Of a stretch of 64,000 bases of DNA, positions 28,655 to 41,711 are shown one piece after another. Source of the stretch: Eledone cirrhosa (Eukaryota); contig OZ024740.1 of the NCBI GenBank assembly GCA_964016885.1, positions 435,116,001 through 435,180,000 of the forward strand, in the 5' to 3' direction. The position numbers and the translations under genes are program-made. The notes beneath the pieces were generated by a model. It was not told where the DNA came from. It searched no databases and was given only the letters and a program-made list of their open reading frames with translations. Every line of letters starts with the position of its first letter. Position 1 is the first letter of the stretch.

Positions 28655-29357
28655 AAGTAGTAGATGTACAGGGAAATTAAACAGTAGAAGTCGCATTGAT
28701 AGACACATTTTTCAAATGCAGGCGGGTGCTATAGAAGTGGTGGATAGCTTCTGGTACCTAGGAGATCAGATTAGCATGGGAGGTGGGTGTTCCAAGGCCA
28801 TAGTATCTAGAATAAGGACAGGTTGGAAGAAGTTTAGGGAGCTGCTTCCTCTGCTGACGAAGGGTTTCTCCCTGCGTACGAAAGGCCGGTTATATGATGC
28901 CTGTGTGAGGAGCGCGATGCTGCATCGTAGTGAGACATGGGCAGCAACTGCAGAGGATATGCGACGGCTGGAGAGAAATGAGGCAAGCATGCTCAGTTGG
29001 ATGTGCAATGTCAATGTGCGTGAATGACCCAGCATGAATGTGTTGAGAGAGAAACTGTGTCTGAGAGGGATAGAATGTAGTGTGCGAGAGAGGAGACTGA
29101 GGTGGTATGGACATGTGATGCGCATGGAGGATGACCGATGGGTGAAGAAGTGCCAGGAAATGCCAGTTGAAGGAAGACATGGTAGAGGTAGACCACAAAA
29201 AACATGGGCAGAGATGGTGAGAACAGACTTCAGATCGCTGAAGCTCACGGTGGAGATGACAAAGGACCGTGATGAATGGGGAGATGCTGTGTTGAATAAG
29301 ACCCATCCCACCCTTGCAAGCAGGGCAAAGTGGACGTAAAATGATGATGATGATGAT
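28655..29357 (+). mobile_element. RTE subfamily C, 5'-truncated, degraded
   Basis: IEVVDSFWYLGD...RLRWYGHV, stop at 29025, (GAT)n tail. Confidence 0.88.
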
Positions 29358-29626
29358 ATATAAAATTTTCGCTCTACATGGCTGAATGAATACAATATAT
29401 GTAAACTGAGTTTTTCGAATATTAATAATTGTTTCTACTTTTGGCACAAGGCCAGTAATTACCCAGTACATTACTGGTACTTTTCGAATATTAATAACAA
29501 CATTCGATTCGTTTGCAATTATGCAAACAAGCCTCATTTTTTCTTTTTCTTTTTGGCAGATGAACAGCGAGCTGTACTGATGAAGGGTGGTACCCAGAAA
29601 CATTAGTGTCTGCAGTTGTTTACATG

Positions 29627-29807
29627 CCAGTTTACTCAGCTGTAGAAATGAGATGATAGGGACCCCAGTCCCTATCATCTCATTTCTACAGCTGAGTAAA
29701 CTGGAGCAATGGGAAATAAAGTGTCTTGCTCAAGGAAACAACATCACCCGGTCTGAGAATTGAACTCACAACCTTTCGATTGCAAGGCCAATGCTCTAAC
29801 CTCTAAC

Positions 29808-29810
<3 letters not shown>
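29627..29810 (-). mobile_element. SINE family 2 fragment with perfect foldback
   Basis: 37-bp arms around CCCA at 29627-29704, tRNA head at ~29750-29810. Confidence 0.75.
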
Positions 29811-29847
<37 letters not shown>

Positions 29848-29959
29848 TTATTACTACTATATATTGAGCGTAGTATATATATAATTAATAACTCGTCAAA
29901 AAATTATATTTCCATAAAAACACAAGAGGAGATAAGTCTAAAATGTTTCGAGTCTCATC

Positions 29960-30178
29960 AGACTTATCCCAGTTGCTGTGGCTTGAAGTGGCTGAGTGTA
30001 CACCAGTCCATCACAGGGTCAAACCCCCAGTTATTACTGTACTGGTACTTATTTTTCAGCTGTATATATTGGAACAAGGTGAAATAAAGTGTCTTGCTCA
30101 AGAACACAACAGACGAATCAAATACACAACATTATGATGGTAAGTCCAACACCCTTACCAATAGGCCATACACCTCCA
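29960..30178 (-). mobile_element. Older tRNA-SINE related to family 2
   Basis: Shares GAAATAAAGTGTCTTGCTCAAG, degenerate tRNA head. Confidence 0.55.
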
Positions 30179-30294
30179 AGAGGTAGACCCACATGAAATA
30201 TCGGGGTAACTTTGAAAAGTTTCCAATAAAATTCAATACAGTCTACAGAGAAAATGTTTGGATGAATTAGGTGGGAGCCTCTACTAGCCGGCCA

Positions 30295-30960
30295 CTCAGC
30301 CTGCTAGAAACAACAGACCAATCTCTCTCATATTACACCCATATCGTCCCCAAGGACACGTTAGGTAACGTGGTCCTAGGTTCCCTGTATTGGAGGAAAA
30401 TATGAGATGGCGATTGCAGGAATGCCTTTGATCTGGAGTTGAACAACGATAGTACCTCTACATGATCAATTAACTTGCTAGAAATAACAGCCAAATCTCC
30501 CTCAACTCACATTGGATAATTCAATCCGGTTACACTATACATAGAAAAAAGACGAGATGGTCATAGTTGGAAAGTCCTTAATTCTAGATGTGCTCGAGGC
30601 AAAAAAACAACCTCTATCAATCTCACTATTCAGTAAGTCTCAACGTTTGACCTACAAGAAATAACAGTCAAATCTCCCTCCTATCTTAAAGACGTATTGA
30701 TAATATATCTGGAGAAGATCACTTGAAAAACAACGAAGACAGCAGGCATGGTGCTAAAAAACAACTCTAGTTATAAAATAGTTTCCAACGATAAATGGGA
30801 TATTCTAACATTCTTGACATGTTAGAAATAGCAGCCAAATTCCTTCAAATCACACCCTCCCACCCGAAAAAGAAAAAGTCTATTGGCAAAATAGTCTTAG
30901 ATATACAAAAAAGACGGAATGGCAGAATGGTAACATCTGACAATACCATGATCATAGATC
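30295..30960 (+). repeat. Degenerate dispersed/tandem repeat GCTAGAAATA(A/G)CAGCCAAATCTCCCTCAA
   Basis: Four diverged copies here, reverse-strand copies of the start at 48715-48835. Confidence 0.55.
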
Positions 30961-31034
30961 TGTTTAATTAAGGATTTTCTCCAGTGCTCTACCGATTATT
31001 GCCAATCCACTGCCCTTGGCACAGTAATAATAAT

Positions 31035-31180
31035 AATGGTTTCTGATTTAAGCACAAGGCCAGCAATTTGGGGAAGGGGCAGGGGAAAGTCGATTGAATC
31101 GACCCCAGTACATTACTGGTACTTTATTTTATCGACCCCGTAAGGATGAAAGGCAAAGTTAACTTCAGTGGGATTTGAAA
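31035..31180 (-). mobile_element. SINE family 1, 5'-truncated
   Basis: CTGGTACTTTATTTTATCGACCCCGTAAGGATGAAAGGCAAAGTTAAC. Confidence 0.75.
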
Positions 31181-31468
31181 TCAATAACAGCAATAATGTT
31201 TGTTCAAAGGCAATAAATTGGACTAAAGTCAAGCTTATTTTATAGACACCTCAGTGCTGAATTAACTTTAGCATTTGTTACGGGGGTCCAACATTTTCAG
31301 GGTACCACCCCCCACTTCCCTGCAAGATACTTTATACAGTACTGTCTATAACCTTTATGTCACATAAATAGGGCTCCTGTATATTATCTGCTATAAGGTC
31401 CCTTCTCCAATATTAACACTAATGATATAGTAACTATTGTGATTTAATTATAGAATACATCTTATAAG

Positions 31469-31652
31469 AGCACCCAGCCCACACTGTAAAGTGGACGTGT
31501 AGGCGCCACGAAAAAGCACCCAGCACTCACTGTAAGTTGGTGTTAGGAAGGGCATCCAGCTGTAGAAATCAAGCCAGAATCAGTTCCCGTCACACCCTTG
31601 CAAACAGGGAAAAAGCGGACGTAAAATGAAATGATGATGATGATGATGATGA
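31469..31652 (+). mobile_element. Short RTE-derived element: RTE-A UTR motif plus RTE-C tail
   Basis: AGCACCCAGCCCACACTGTAAAG...AGGAAGGGCATCC...CCCTTGCAAACAGGG..GGACGTAAAATG. Confidence 0.7.
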
Positions 31653-31690
31653 TATATGTATATATATATATATATATATTTATTATATAT

Positions 31691-31797
<107 letters not shown>

Positions 31798-31808
31798 ATA
31801 TATATATA

Positions 31809-31855
<47 letters not shown>

Positions 31856-31918
31856 ATATATTATATATATATTATATATATATATATATATTATATATAT
31901 ATATATATTATATATATA

Positions 31919-31971
<53 letters not shown>

Positions 31972-32118
31972 AACATGTCTATAGAATCACAAGATATATA
32001 TATATATATATGATATATATATATATATATTATATATTTATATATATATATATATATATATTATATATTTATATATATATATTATATATTTATATATATA
32101 TATATATATATATTATAT

Positions 32119-35100
32119 ATCATCATCATCATCATCATCATTTTACGTCCGCTTTTCCCTGCTTGCAAGGGTGGGACGGGTCTTATTCAGCACAGCATCT
32201 CTCCACTCGTCATGGTCCCTCGTCATCTCCACCGTGAGCTTCAATGATCTGAGGTCTGTTCTCACCACCTCCGCCCATGTTTTTCGTGGTCTACCTCTAC
32301 CACGTTTTCCTTCAACTGGCATTTCCTGGCACTTCTTCACCCATCGGTCATCCTCCATGCGCATCACATGTCCATACCACCTCAGTCTCCTCTCCCGTAC
32401 ACTACATTCTATCCCTCTCAGACACAGTTTCTCTCTCAACACATTTATGCTGGGTCGTTCACGCACATTTACACTGCACATCCAACGGAGCATGCTTGCC
32501 TCATTTCTCTCCAGCCGTCGCATATCCTCTGCAGTTGCTGCCCATGTCTCACTACCATGCAGCATCGCGCTCCTCACACAGGCATCATACAACCGGCCTT
32601 TCGTACGCAGGGAGAAACCCTTCTTCGTCAACAGAGGAAGCAGCTCCCTAAACTTCTTCCAACCCGTCCTTATTCTAGATACTATGGCCTCGGAACACCC
32701 TCCTCCCATGCTAATCTGATCTCCTAGGTGCCGGAAGCTATCCACCACTTCTATAGCGCCCTCTTGCATTTGAAAAATATGTCTATGAGTGCGACTTCTA
32801 CAGGATCTGCATTGTGTGCATTTTATAGAATTTATGCCAGTTCCTTTTCTGCATATCGAACATGGCCATTTCCCTGACGGAATCAGGGTTTTGTCCTCTT
32901 TTCTACTCATCAACACTTTTGTCTTAGCTAGATTCACTCTCAGTCCTCTTGCTTCCAACTGCTGTTTCCATAGCCAGAATTTATTCTCTAGCTCCTCTAC
33001 TGATTCTGCTATAAGAACCAGATCGTCAGCATAGAGAAGTTCCCATGGACAGCCAGTCTTAAACTCCTCTGTTATGGCTTGGAGGACTATAATGAACAAG
33101 AGCGGGCTGAGGACCGAACCCTGATGTACTCCTACTTGTATCTGGAATTCCTCACTAAACTCCATTCCTACCCTGACTTTACTGAGAGTACCTCTGTACA
33201 AAGTTTGCACTGTCCTCACAAGCCATTCCTCAACACCTAGCTTCCTTAGCGACCACCAGATGACAGATCGGGGTACCCTATCAAAGGCCTTCTCTAGGTC
33301 AACAAAGGCTAAGTATAGTGGCTTATTCTTCTCTAAGAACCTCTCTTGCAATTGTCTCACCAAGAAGAGGGCATCTGTTGTACTCTTCCCAGGCACAAAA
33401 CCAAACTGCATCTCATCTAGTTTGACCCTTTCTCTAATTAGTTGTGCTAAAATCCTTTCTGCCACTTTCATAACCTGATCTATCAGTTTTATACCCCTAT
33501 AATTGCTCCTCTCCAAAGCATCCCCTTTACCTTTGTAGCAATTTATGAGAATACTGCTGCACCAGTCTTTGGGTATGACACCACCATATATAGCCTGATT
33601 GATGATGCGTGCAACCAGTTTAGTGCCTACGTCCCCTGATGCCTTCAGCATCTCAGCAACTATTCCCGATGGTCCGGCCGCCTTACCATTTTTCATTTCC
33701 CTAATCGCCTCTTGGACCCTATATTCGTCAATCTCAATAGCTGGTCTCTCTGTCGGATCTACCAAGGGTAATTTCTCTCTCTCCCATTCGTTCTCCACAT
33801 TCATCAGTCTCTCATAATGACATTTCCAGGCCTCCTTTTTCTGATCATTCGTGACACTAAGTACACCGGCATCATCCCGGACACATTTATCTCCAACAAC
33901 ATCCTGATTTGCATTGACACACTGCCTTGCAATGTGGAACACCGCACGCCTCTGATCTTCCCGTCGCAGAACATTGGCAAACCTCCTACTCTCTGCCTCT
34001 CTGCGTGCTAAGTACACCTGATGTCTAGCTTCTCTCTTAGTGGCTGTATATTCTTCCCTACTCCCACCCTTTTTCCAAGCCTTCCATGCTAGTCTTTTGT
34101 CTCTAATAGCCTTATCTACTGTGCTGTTCCACCACCAGATCACTCTCTGTCTGGTTGGAGCTCTGCTCCAGCCACAGGTTTCATCAGTAGCCTGCAGCAA
34201 GTTGTCACGTAAGAAATTCCAGTTATTATCTATGTCATACGTCTCTAAATCGTCTTCTTTTTCGTCATATACATCTTGAAGGGCTTTCCTAAATTTGTAT
34301 TTTAGTGAAAGGTCTTTTAGCTTCCAGACCTTTCTTCTCCACACCTTCCTATATGTCTCATTCCATCTCTTGCTTACTGAGATATCACTAACAACTAACC
34401 TATGCTGTGGGGTACATTCTTCCCCAGGGTATGCCTTGGTATTAGACACTATCTGCCTGTCCCGCTGCCTAACTAGCAAGAAGTCAATCTGGCTTATGTG
34501 CTCACCAGATTTGTAGGTTATTAGGTGATTGGCAGGTTTCTGGAAGTTTGTGTTGCAAATAGTCAATGTACTCGCATCACAAAATTCAAGAAGTCTCACT
34601 CCTTCTTCATTTCTTGAACCGTAACCGTGCCCACCATGTACCCCAGTGTAACCATCCTGGAGCTGTCCAACATGACCATTGAAGTCTCCTGCTAGCATAA
34701 TGATGTCTCCGTCCTCTGTCATTGTGGTTGTTTGCAAAAGTTGCTCATAAAAGCAGTCTTTCTCATCTTTGCCTAGGCCTGCTTGGGGAGCATAGACCGA
34801 GATGATTGTCAGTAGTCTCCTACCTACAACTAATCTAAGCTTAATTATTCGATTACTAACTCGAACTACCTCTATTGTCTTATTGATCCATTTCTCAGCC
34901 AGGAAAATGCCTACTCCCCCTAACCCATCATCCTTACCTACCCAGAATAGCTTATAGCTAAGACGCTTGCCTACGACTAGTCTCGCAGAGGCACCTCTCC
35001 ATCTCACCTCTTGCACGCAGCACACATCCACCTGCCTTCTCTCCAGCATCTCCGCTATTTCAGCAGATCTACCTCTGAGAGTGCCAACATTAAGTGTTGC

Positions 35101-35316
35101 AACTCTGAGATGCGACGTCTTCATATTTTTCTATGCTGCTTTGTTGCTGTGCTGATAAGCTTTTTGGCATTGATACACTGGTTGGATGCCCTTCCTAACA
35201 CCAGCGCCACTTTACAGCATGGACTGGGTGCTTTTATTTGTGCCACCAGCACTAGAGAGGATGTCTTACTAGACTCAAGGGCCCTCTCTACCCCTCCATT
35301 TTACAGCATGGTCATT
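32119..35316 (-). mobile_element. RTE LINE subfamily C, near full length
   Basis: 5' UTR, single ORF, (GAT)n tail abutting (TA)n. Confidence 0.92.
32143..35124 (-). CDS. RTE ORF: APE endonuclease + reverse transcriptase (993 aa), zinc finger partly deleted
   Basis: LRVATLNVGTL, VQEVRW, YAPQ, GDFNGHVG, SQIDF, PQHRLV; [35 protein letters not shown]. Confidence 0.92.
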   Translation of the reverse strand: MKTSHLRVATLNVGTLRGRSAEIAEMLERRQVDVCCVQEVRWRGASARLVVGKRLSYKLFWVGKDDGLGGVGIFLAEKWINKTIEVVRVSNRIIKLRLVVGRRLLTIISVYAPQAGLGKDEKDCFYEQLLQTTTMTEDGDIIMLAGDFNGHVGQLQDGYTGVHGGHGYGSRNEEGVRLLEFCDASTLTICNTNFQKPANHLITYKSGEHISQIDFLLVRQRDRQIVSNTKAYPGEECTPQHRLVVSDISVSKRWNETYRKVWRRKVWKLKDLSLKYKFRKALQDVYDEKEDDLETYDIDNNWNFLRDNLLQATDETCGWSRAPTRQRVIWWWNSTVDKAIRDKRLAWKAWKKGGSREEYTATKREARHQVYLARREAESRRFANVLRREDQRRAVFHIARQCVNANQDVVGDKCVRDDAGVLSVTNDQKKEAWKCHYERLMNVENEWEREKLPLVDPTERPAIEIDEYRVQEAIREMKNGKAAGPSGIVAEMLKASGDVGTKLVARIINQAIYGGVIPKDWCSSILINCYKGKGDALERSNYRGIKLIDQVMKVAERILAQLIRERVKLDEMQFGFVPGKSTTDALFLVRQLQERFLEKNKPLYLAFVDLEKAFDRVPRSVIWWSLRKLGVEEWLVRTVQTLYRGTLSKVRVGMEFSEEFQIQVGVHQGSVLSPLLFIIVLQAITEEFKTGCPWELLYADDLVLIAESVEELENKFWLWKQQLEARGLRVNLAKTKVLMSRKEDKTLIPSGKWPCSICRKGTGINSIKCTQCRSCRSRTHRHIFQMQEGAIEVVDSFRHLGDQISMGGGCSEAIVSRIRTGWKKFRELLPLLTKKGFSLRTKGRLYDACVRSAMLHGSETWAATAEDMRRLERNEASMLRWMCSVNVRERPSINVLREKLCLRGIECSVRERRLRWYGHVMRMEDDRWVKKCQEMPVEGKRGRGRPRKTWAEVVRTDLRSLKLTVEMTRDHDEWRDAVLNKTRPTLASREKRT

Positions 35317-35559
35317 AAAATAAAAAAAATAAAAAAAAATTATTGACACGACACACACACACCAACACTCACACACCAACACTCATGCATACAAACCACA
35401 ACCGCACACACGCCATACATACCAACACTCATTCATGCATACAATCACACACACCACTCACAAACACACATATATATACATATATTACCGACAGTACTGA
35501 TACAAAATCAAAATCAAAATCATCAAAATCACTATCATGTCAACTGTTGACCTTTCCCA

Positions 35560-35900
35560 GTCCAGTTCAGCTTGTATATAATAATAATAATTGTTTGCTT
35601 TACGCTGGTAATGGCGGTGGTGAATGGTGGTGGATGGTGTCAGTGTGGTGGTGGTGGATGGTCAGTGATGGTGGTGGCAGTTGTTGGTGCTGTAGTTGTT
35701 ATTGTAGTTGTTGTCGTTGTTGCTGTTGTTGTTCTTCTTCATTTCACTGCTGCTGTTGCTGCAGACAATGGTGTTGATGCTGTTATTGCTGTCGCATATA
35801 TACAAATACATACACACACATTCAACACAGACGATGGTGTTGTTGCTGTTGTTGTTGGTGTTGCTGCTGTTGTTGTTGTAGTTGTTGCTGTGTTGAAATC
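35560..35900. repeat. (GGT)/(GTT)-rich low-complexity tract
   Basis: Degenerate trinucleotide repeats. Confidence 0.8.
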
Positions 35901-36078
35901 TGGTCGCATCCACCGAGATATACATATACACACACATACACATATGTATATACACACACACATACACATATGTATATACACACACATATATATATGTATA
36001 TATAATGTATATATATAGAATATATATATATAAATATATATATATAAATATATATATATATAAATATATATATATATA

Positions 36079-36137
<59 letters not shown>

Positions 36138-36221
36138 TATATATTTATATATATATATATATATTATATATTTATATATATATATATTCTATATATATAT
36201 ATATTATATATATATATATAT

Positions 36222-36255
<34 letters not shown>

Positions 36256-36321
36256 ATATATATAATATATATATATATATTATATATATATATATATATA
36301 TATTATAAATTTATATATATA

Positions 36322-36360
<39 letters not shown>

Positions 36361-36393
36361 TTATATATATATATTATAAATTTATATATATAT

Positions 36394-36448
<55 letters not shown>

Positions 36449-36468
36449 ATTATAAATTTATATATATA

Positions 36469-36521
<53 letters not shown>

Positions 36522-36522
36522 T

Positions 36523-38371
36523 ATCATCATCATCATCATTCTTTAACGTCCACCTTCCACGCTTGCATGGGTTTGGACGGGAGTTTTCCCACCTGAGGCA
36601 AGATTGGTTGTCTTGCTCGTATAGGACTGTCTGGCGGGTTTTCTACGGCTGGATGCCCTTCCCAACACCAATCACGTTTACAGTGTGTACTGGGAGGTTT
36701 TTACCGTGTTACCTACACGGCCACATTACAGCGTGGACTGTGTTTTTTTTTTGTCATGACAACTACACGACCTCATTTATTTCGGACTGGATGTTCTGGT
36801 ACCAACATAACTTCACATTTAAGGGGGTTGTGTGGATGGGGTGGGGGTAGTGGGACAGGGGTGTATTTCGTTAGAGGTGCCTACTGACTGTAGGTTTCGC
36901 TTTGTACTTAGGCAAGGCGGGTCTTCTGTATAACTGTGTAGCGCCAAAGCTCTCGGTCCAGTGACATTGTCTTGGAGAGGTGTAAGTGTGAGGTCGGAAT
37001 TTATCAAGTCGTCCCAGGTTTTTCTGAGTCTGCCTATTCCATGGCTACCGTCTATTTTTATCGCCCTGCACTTTTTTATACAGCTGTCGTCTTTCATGCG
37101 CATCACGTGACCGTACCAACGTAGTCTTCTCTCGAGTAAACAGCATCTGATCCCTCTTATTCCTAATTTCTCCCTTAGTTCGTTTATGCTTTGCCGTTCA
37201 CGTATATTACTATTACACATCCTGCGGAGCATGCAAGCTTCGTTTGTCTCCAGTCTGCGTATATCCTCTGCACACAATGCCCAGGTCTCACTGCCATGCA
37301 ACATTGTTGTTCATATGCAGGCATCATACAGCCTGCCTTTCATTTTTAGAGAACCCTTTAGCGGCCAATAGTGGTATAAGCTCTCTGAACTTTTTCCATC
37401 CCGTTCTGACTCTAGCTACTGTACTTTCAGAGCACCCTCCTGCACTGCTGATTTTGTCACCCAGGTAACGGAAGCTGTCCACTATTTCTATAGAATCATC
37501 TGTGCAATGGAATGAGTTAGTATTCTGTGGGCACTTGTTGCTACTTATTGCACCAGAGCACCGGCCACATATAAAATCTATATTCTTAGTTAGCTTACCT
37601 GTGATCCCACTATATTCTTTTATGCACCCATACTTTGCATTTGGGACATAAAATGGAGTTTCTGCCTACTCCTTTCTACACACTGAGCATGGCCATTTCC
37701 CAGATGGGACCGGTGCCCTATTTTCCTTCCTAGAAACTAGAACTTTAGTTTTAGACAAGTTACTTTAAGGCCTTTTGATTCTAGGCCATGCTTCCATGTT
37801 TGGTATTTCTTCTCTAGTTCAGCCATTGATTCAGCTATGAGCGTTAGATCATCTGCATATAGGAGTTCCCATGGGCAGCCGGTCTTGAACTCCTCTGTTA
37901 TAGCCTGAAGGGCAATAATAAATAGTAGGGGGCTAAGCACGGAGCACCAACTTTTACGCTAAACTCTTCACTATATTCGTTGTTAATTGTAACCTTGCTG
38001 TTTCTTTATACATGGCTTGTATAGCTCTCACAAGCCATTCATCAACACCTAGTTTTCTAAGGGCCCACCAGATAATCGAGTGGGGTACTCTGTCAAAGGC
38101 TTTCTCCAAGTCAACAAAAGCTAAGTATAGGGGTTTACTTTTAGCTAGGTACTTCTCCTGTAGTTGTTGTACTTTTACCTGACACAAACCCGAACTGCAT
38201 TTCGTCTAGATCAATTCGCTCTCTGATTAGTTGCGCTATTACTTTTTCTGTGACCTTCATGACCTGGTCAATTAATTTAATGCCTCTATAGTTTCCCCTA
38301 TCTAGGGCATCACCTTTACCCTTGTAGCCGTTAATGATGATGCTGCTACGCCAGTCCTTCAGAACGGCCCC
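36523..38371 (-). mobile_element. RTE subfamily B, 5'-truncated, frameshifted
   Basis: GKGDALDRGNYRG, FVDLEKAFD, YADD, RWYGHV split across frames, 3' UTR, tail. Confidence 0.9.
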
Positions 38372-38436
38372 ATTCTGTATGACTTGGTTATATTATATAT
38401 TTATATATATATATTATATATATATATATTTATATC

Positions 38437-38735
38437 ATCACTTCATTTTTACGTTCACTTTTCCCTGCTTGCAAGGGTGGGACGGGAACCGATTCTGGCT
38501 CGATTTCTACAGCTGGATGCCCTTCCTAACACCAACCTCATTTACATTGAGTGCTGGGTGCTTTTTTGCCATGGCACCTTCACGACCACTTTGCATTTCT
38601 ACAGCTGAGTAAACTGGAGCAATGTGAAATAAAGTGTCTTGCTCAAGGAAGCAACACATCACCCAGTCTGAGAATTGAACTCACAACCTTTTGATTGCAA
38701 GGCCAATGCTCTAACCACTAAGCCATGTGCCTTCA
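38437..38735 (-). mobile_element. SINE family 2 (internal hairpin deleted), RTE-C tail
   Basis: Matches 15779-16123 without the GATAGGGAC/GTCCCTATC hairpin. Confidence 0.8.
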
Positions 38736-39077
38736 TATATATATAATATATTTATAGTAGAATAATCGAGTATCGAAAAATCGGCGCACGAGTTCACGAT
38801 AAACAAAATTCGATATGAGCGGCAGAGGGCTCAATAATTTAGATAAATCAGAGCTATAACTATCGTTAAAATACCGTCACACATAGAACAAGTCTATAAT
38901 CAACCATACAACCGAAAAATTGCGATCTGGAAGATTCGGGACACTCAGATAAAAAATCAATAAATCAATAAATCAAATGATATATATATAATATATTTAT
39001 ATATATATAATATATTTATATATATATTATATATTTATATATATATATAATATATTTATATATATATATATATATAT

Positions 39078-39581
39078 TGTTGACGAAGAAGGGTTTCTCC
39101 CTGCGTACGAAAGGCCGGTTGTATGATGACTGTGTGAGGAGCGCAATGCTGCATGGTAGTGAGATATGGGCAGCAACTGCAGAGGATATGTGACGGCTGG
39201 AGAGAAATGAGGCAAGCATGCTCCATTGGATGTGCAGTGTAAATGTGCGTGAACGACCCAGCATAAATGTGTTGAGAGAGAAACTGTGTCTGAGAGGGAT
39301 AGAATGTAGTGTACGGGAGAGGAGACTGAGGTGGTATGGACATGTGATGCGCATGGAGGATGACCGATGGGTGAAGAAGTGCCAGGAAATGCCAGTTGAA
39401 GGAAGACGTGGTAGAGGTAGACCACGAAAAACATAGGCGGAGGTGGTGAGAACAGACCTCAGATCATTGAAGCTCACGGTGGAGATGACGAAGGACCGTG
39501 ACGAGTGGAGAGATGCTGTGCTGAATAAGACCCGTCCCACCCTTGCAAGCAGGGAAAAGCGGATGTAAAATGATCATGATA
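39078..39581 (+). mobile_element. RTE subfamily C 3' fragment
   Basis: Near-identical to 32140-32630 in the opposite orientation. Confidence 0.88.
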
Positions 39582-39630
39582 TTATATATATATATTATAT
39601 ATATATTATATATTTATATATAATATATAT

Positions 39631-39905
39631 GATGTGTTGTTTCCTTGAGCAAGACACTTTATTTCACATTGCTCCAGTTTACTCAGCTGTAGAAATGAGA
39701 TGATAGGGACTGGGGTCCCTATCATTCCACTGCAAAGTGGCTGTGGAGGTGCCACGGCAAAAAAAGCACCCAGCACTCACTGTAAATGTGGTTGGTGTTA
39801 GGAAGGGCATCCAGCTGTAGAAATCAAGCCAGAATCAGTTCCCGTCCCACCTTTGCAAGCAGGGAAAAGCGGGCGTAAAATGATGATGATGATGATGATG
39901 ATGAT
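39631..39905 (+). mobile_element. SINE family 2, 5'-truncated, RTE-C tail
   Basis: Body and tail match 15779-16040. Confidence 0.8.
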
Positions 39906-40220
39906 ATATATATTATAATAAATCTATTATATATATATATATATATATATAACAAAGGAAATGTGGTAAGGAACCAGGTGGACCATAACGCACCAAAGTA
40001 CTCAATACTTAGGGTAGTAGAGTGGGTAATAGGAATGAGTAGGACCCCAGGGTCCTACTCATTCCTATATATATATGTATATATATATATATAGGTTAAA
40101 CAAGTTTCAATGAATAAATCAAAGAGTGAGGACGTACTGTTGAAGATAGCTCAGTACCTCTGAAACATGTATAATAAAATATACTTGATCACACGAATGT
40201 CTATTTTTTTAAATATTTTG

Positions 40221-40284
<64 letters not shown>

Positions 40285-40669
40285 GTGTGTGACCTATTGT
40301 GGCACTTGGTCGTTTTTGACCCCTCACCCTGTTTTCTTTCTCTCGCTCTAGTAATATATTTTGGTGTGTTATATTTGCGAGGTTCCTAGCAATAGTTGAC
40401 TGTATTTATTATATGTGTTTATATTTTCATTATAAAAGAATTGTGAACAATTTGTAATGTTATTTATGTATATATTTAAAACTTAACGTCTCTACTAATT
40501 ATCTAAAAAAAGAACAAAAAAAATGTTTAAATCTAACTGCCTATATCGATTCGATTAGTTGTGACAACAAAATACTTATACCGATTAGACTCGATCAGTT
40601 GTGATTACAAAATACCTCTTGTACCAATTACTCAACTACTAATGATCTAACAATATTGATAACGTAGAC

Positions 40670-40905
40670 CTATTGTCTCATATATAAGATTTGATGAGAC
40701 TGTCCATTGCCTCATATATAAGATCTGATGAGACTGGCCATTACCTCATATATAAGATCTGATGAGATTGGCCATTACCTCATATATAAGATCTGATGAG
40801 ACTGTCCATTGCCTTCTATATAAGATCTGATGAGACTGTCCATTGCCTTCTATATAAGATGTGATGAGACTGTCCATTGCCTTGTATATAAGACTTGATG
40901 ACTGT
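40670..40905. repeat. ~33-bp minisatellite CTCATATATAAGATCTGATGAGACTG(G/T)CCATT(A/G)C
   Basis: About 7 tandem units. Confidence 0.85.
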
Positions 40906-40959
40906 CATTTTCAGAGTTATCAATGAAATGGCTAGAGCAATAAAAACTGGGTCTGACTT

Positions 40960-41711
40960 CTAGGTCACGGAATATTTCCCTGACCATAATAGTATTTCAG
41001 TTTAATGAGGTTTACTGGATTATAGAAATATGTGATGATGTGGTGTTCATGCTTATCTAACATTGATTTCTTATATTGGTACAGTGTTAAATGTTTTAAT
41101 GAATGGAACATAAGCACATAACTTAATTGATCTGTGGATAGATAGAAGACAGAGATATCGATTTATTTCTAAACATACATGTAAATCAGGTAGTTCTAGT
41201 TGTGTGTTCATTATCTCTATTATATCGTTTTAATTTGAAATGTTAGATACGGGACGTTAGAAACGAACTCGGGTTTTTGGTAGGGTAAAGTGGGAACTTG
41301 AGAATTCTAATAAAATACTGGTATAGCAGATAAGGTGACATACAGATGAATAAATAGATAAGGAAACTGATATATAGAGAGGAAGGTAAATATACAGGTA
41401 AGGAGAGAGGTAGCAGTGATGTAAGGTGGTTATAGTTACAATATACACTAGAACTACCTGATCTATATGTATGTTTAGAAATCAATCGATATATGTATCT
41501 TATCTATCCACAGATCAATTAAATTATGTGCTTATGTTCCCTTTATTAAAACTTTGTAACATTGTACGAATATAAGAAATCGATGTCACATAAGCATGAA
41601 CACCACATCATCACATTTTTACTTCTACTTAACTCAATAATAATAATCTATTAAACCTCATTAAACTGAAATACAATAAAACTTGGCCAGGGAAATATTC
41701 CATGTGACCTA
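40960..41711. mobile_element. Diverged foldback/MITE-like element with ~240-bp inverted arms
   Basis: 40960-41200 is the diverged reverse complement of 41445-41711. Confidence 0.6.

Noticed and set aside
40118-40180. Hammerhead-like GAGG..GTACTG/CAGTACCTC-T-GAAACATGTA
   Set aside because: The 3' half and stem II look right but the CUGANGA core and stem I are absent; at most a decayed remnant
40670-40905. Tandem CTGATGAG as a hammerhead array
   Set aside because: No GAAA or stem III partner in the unit
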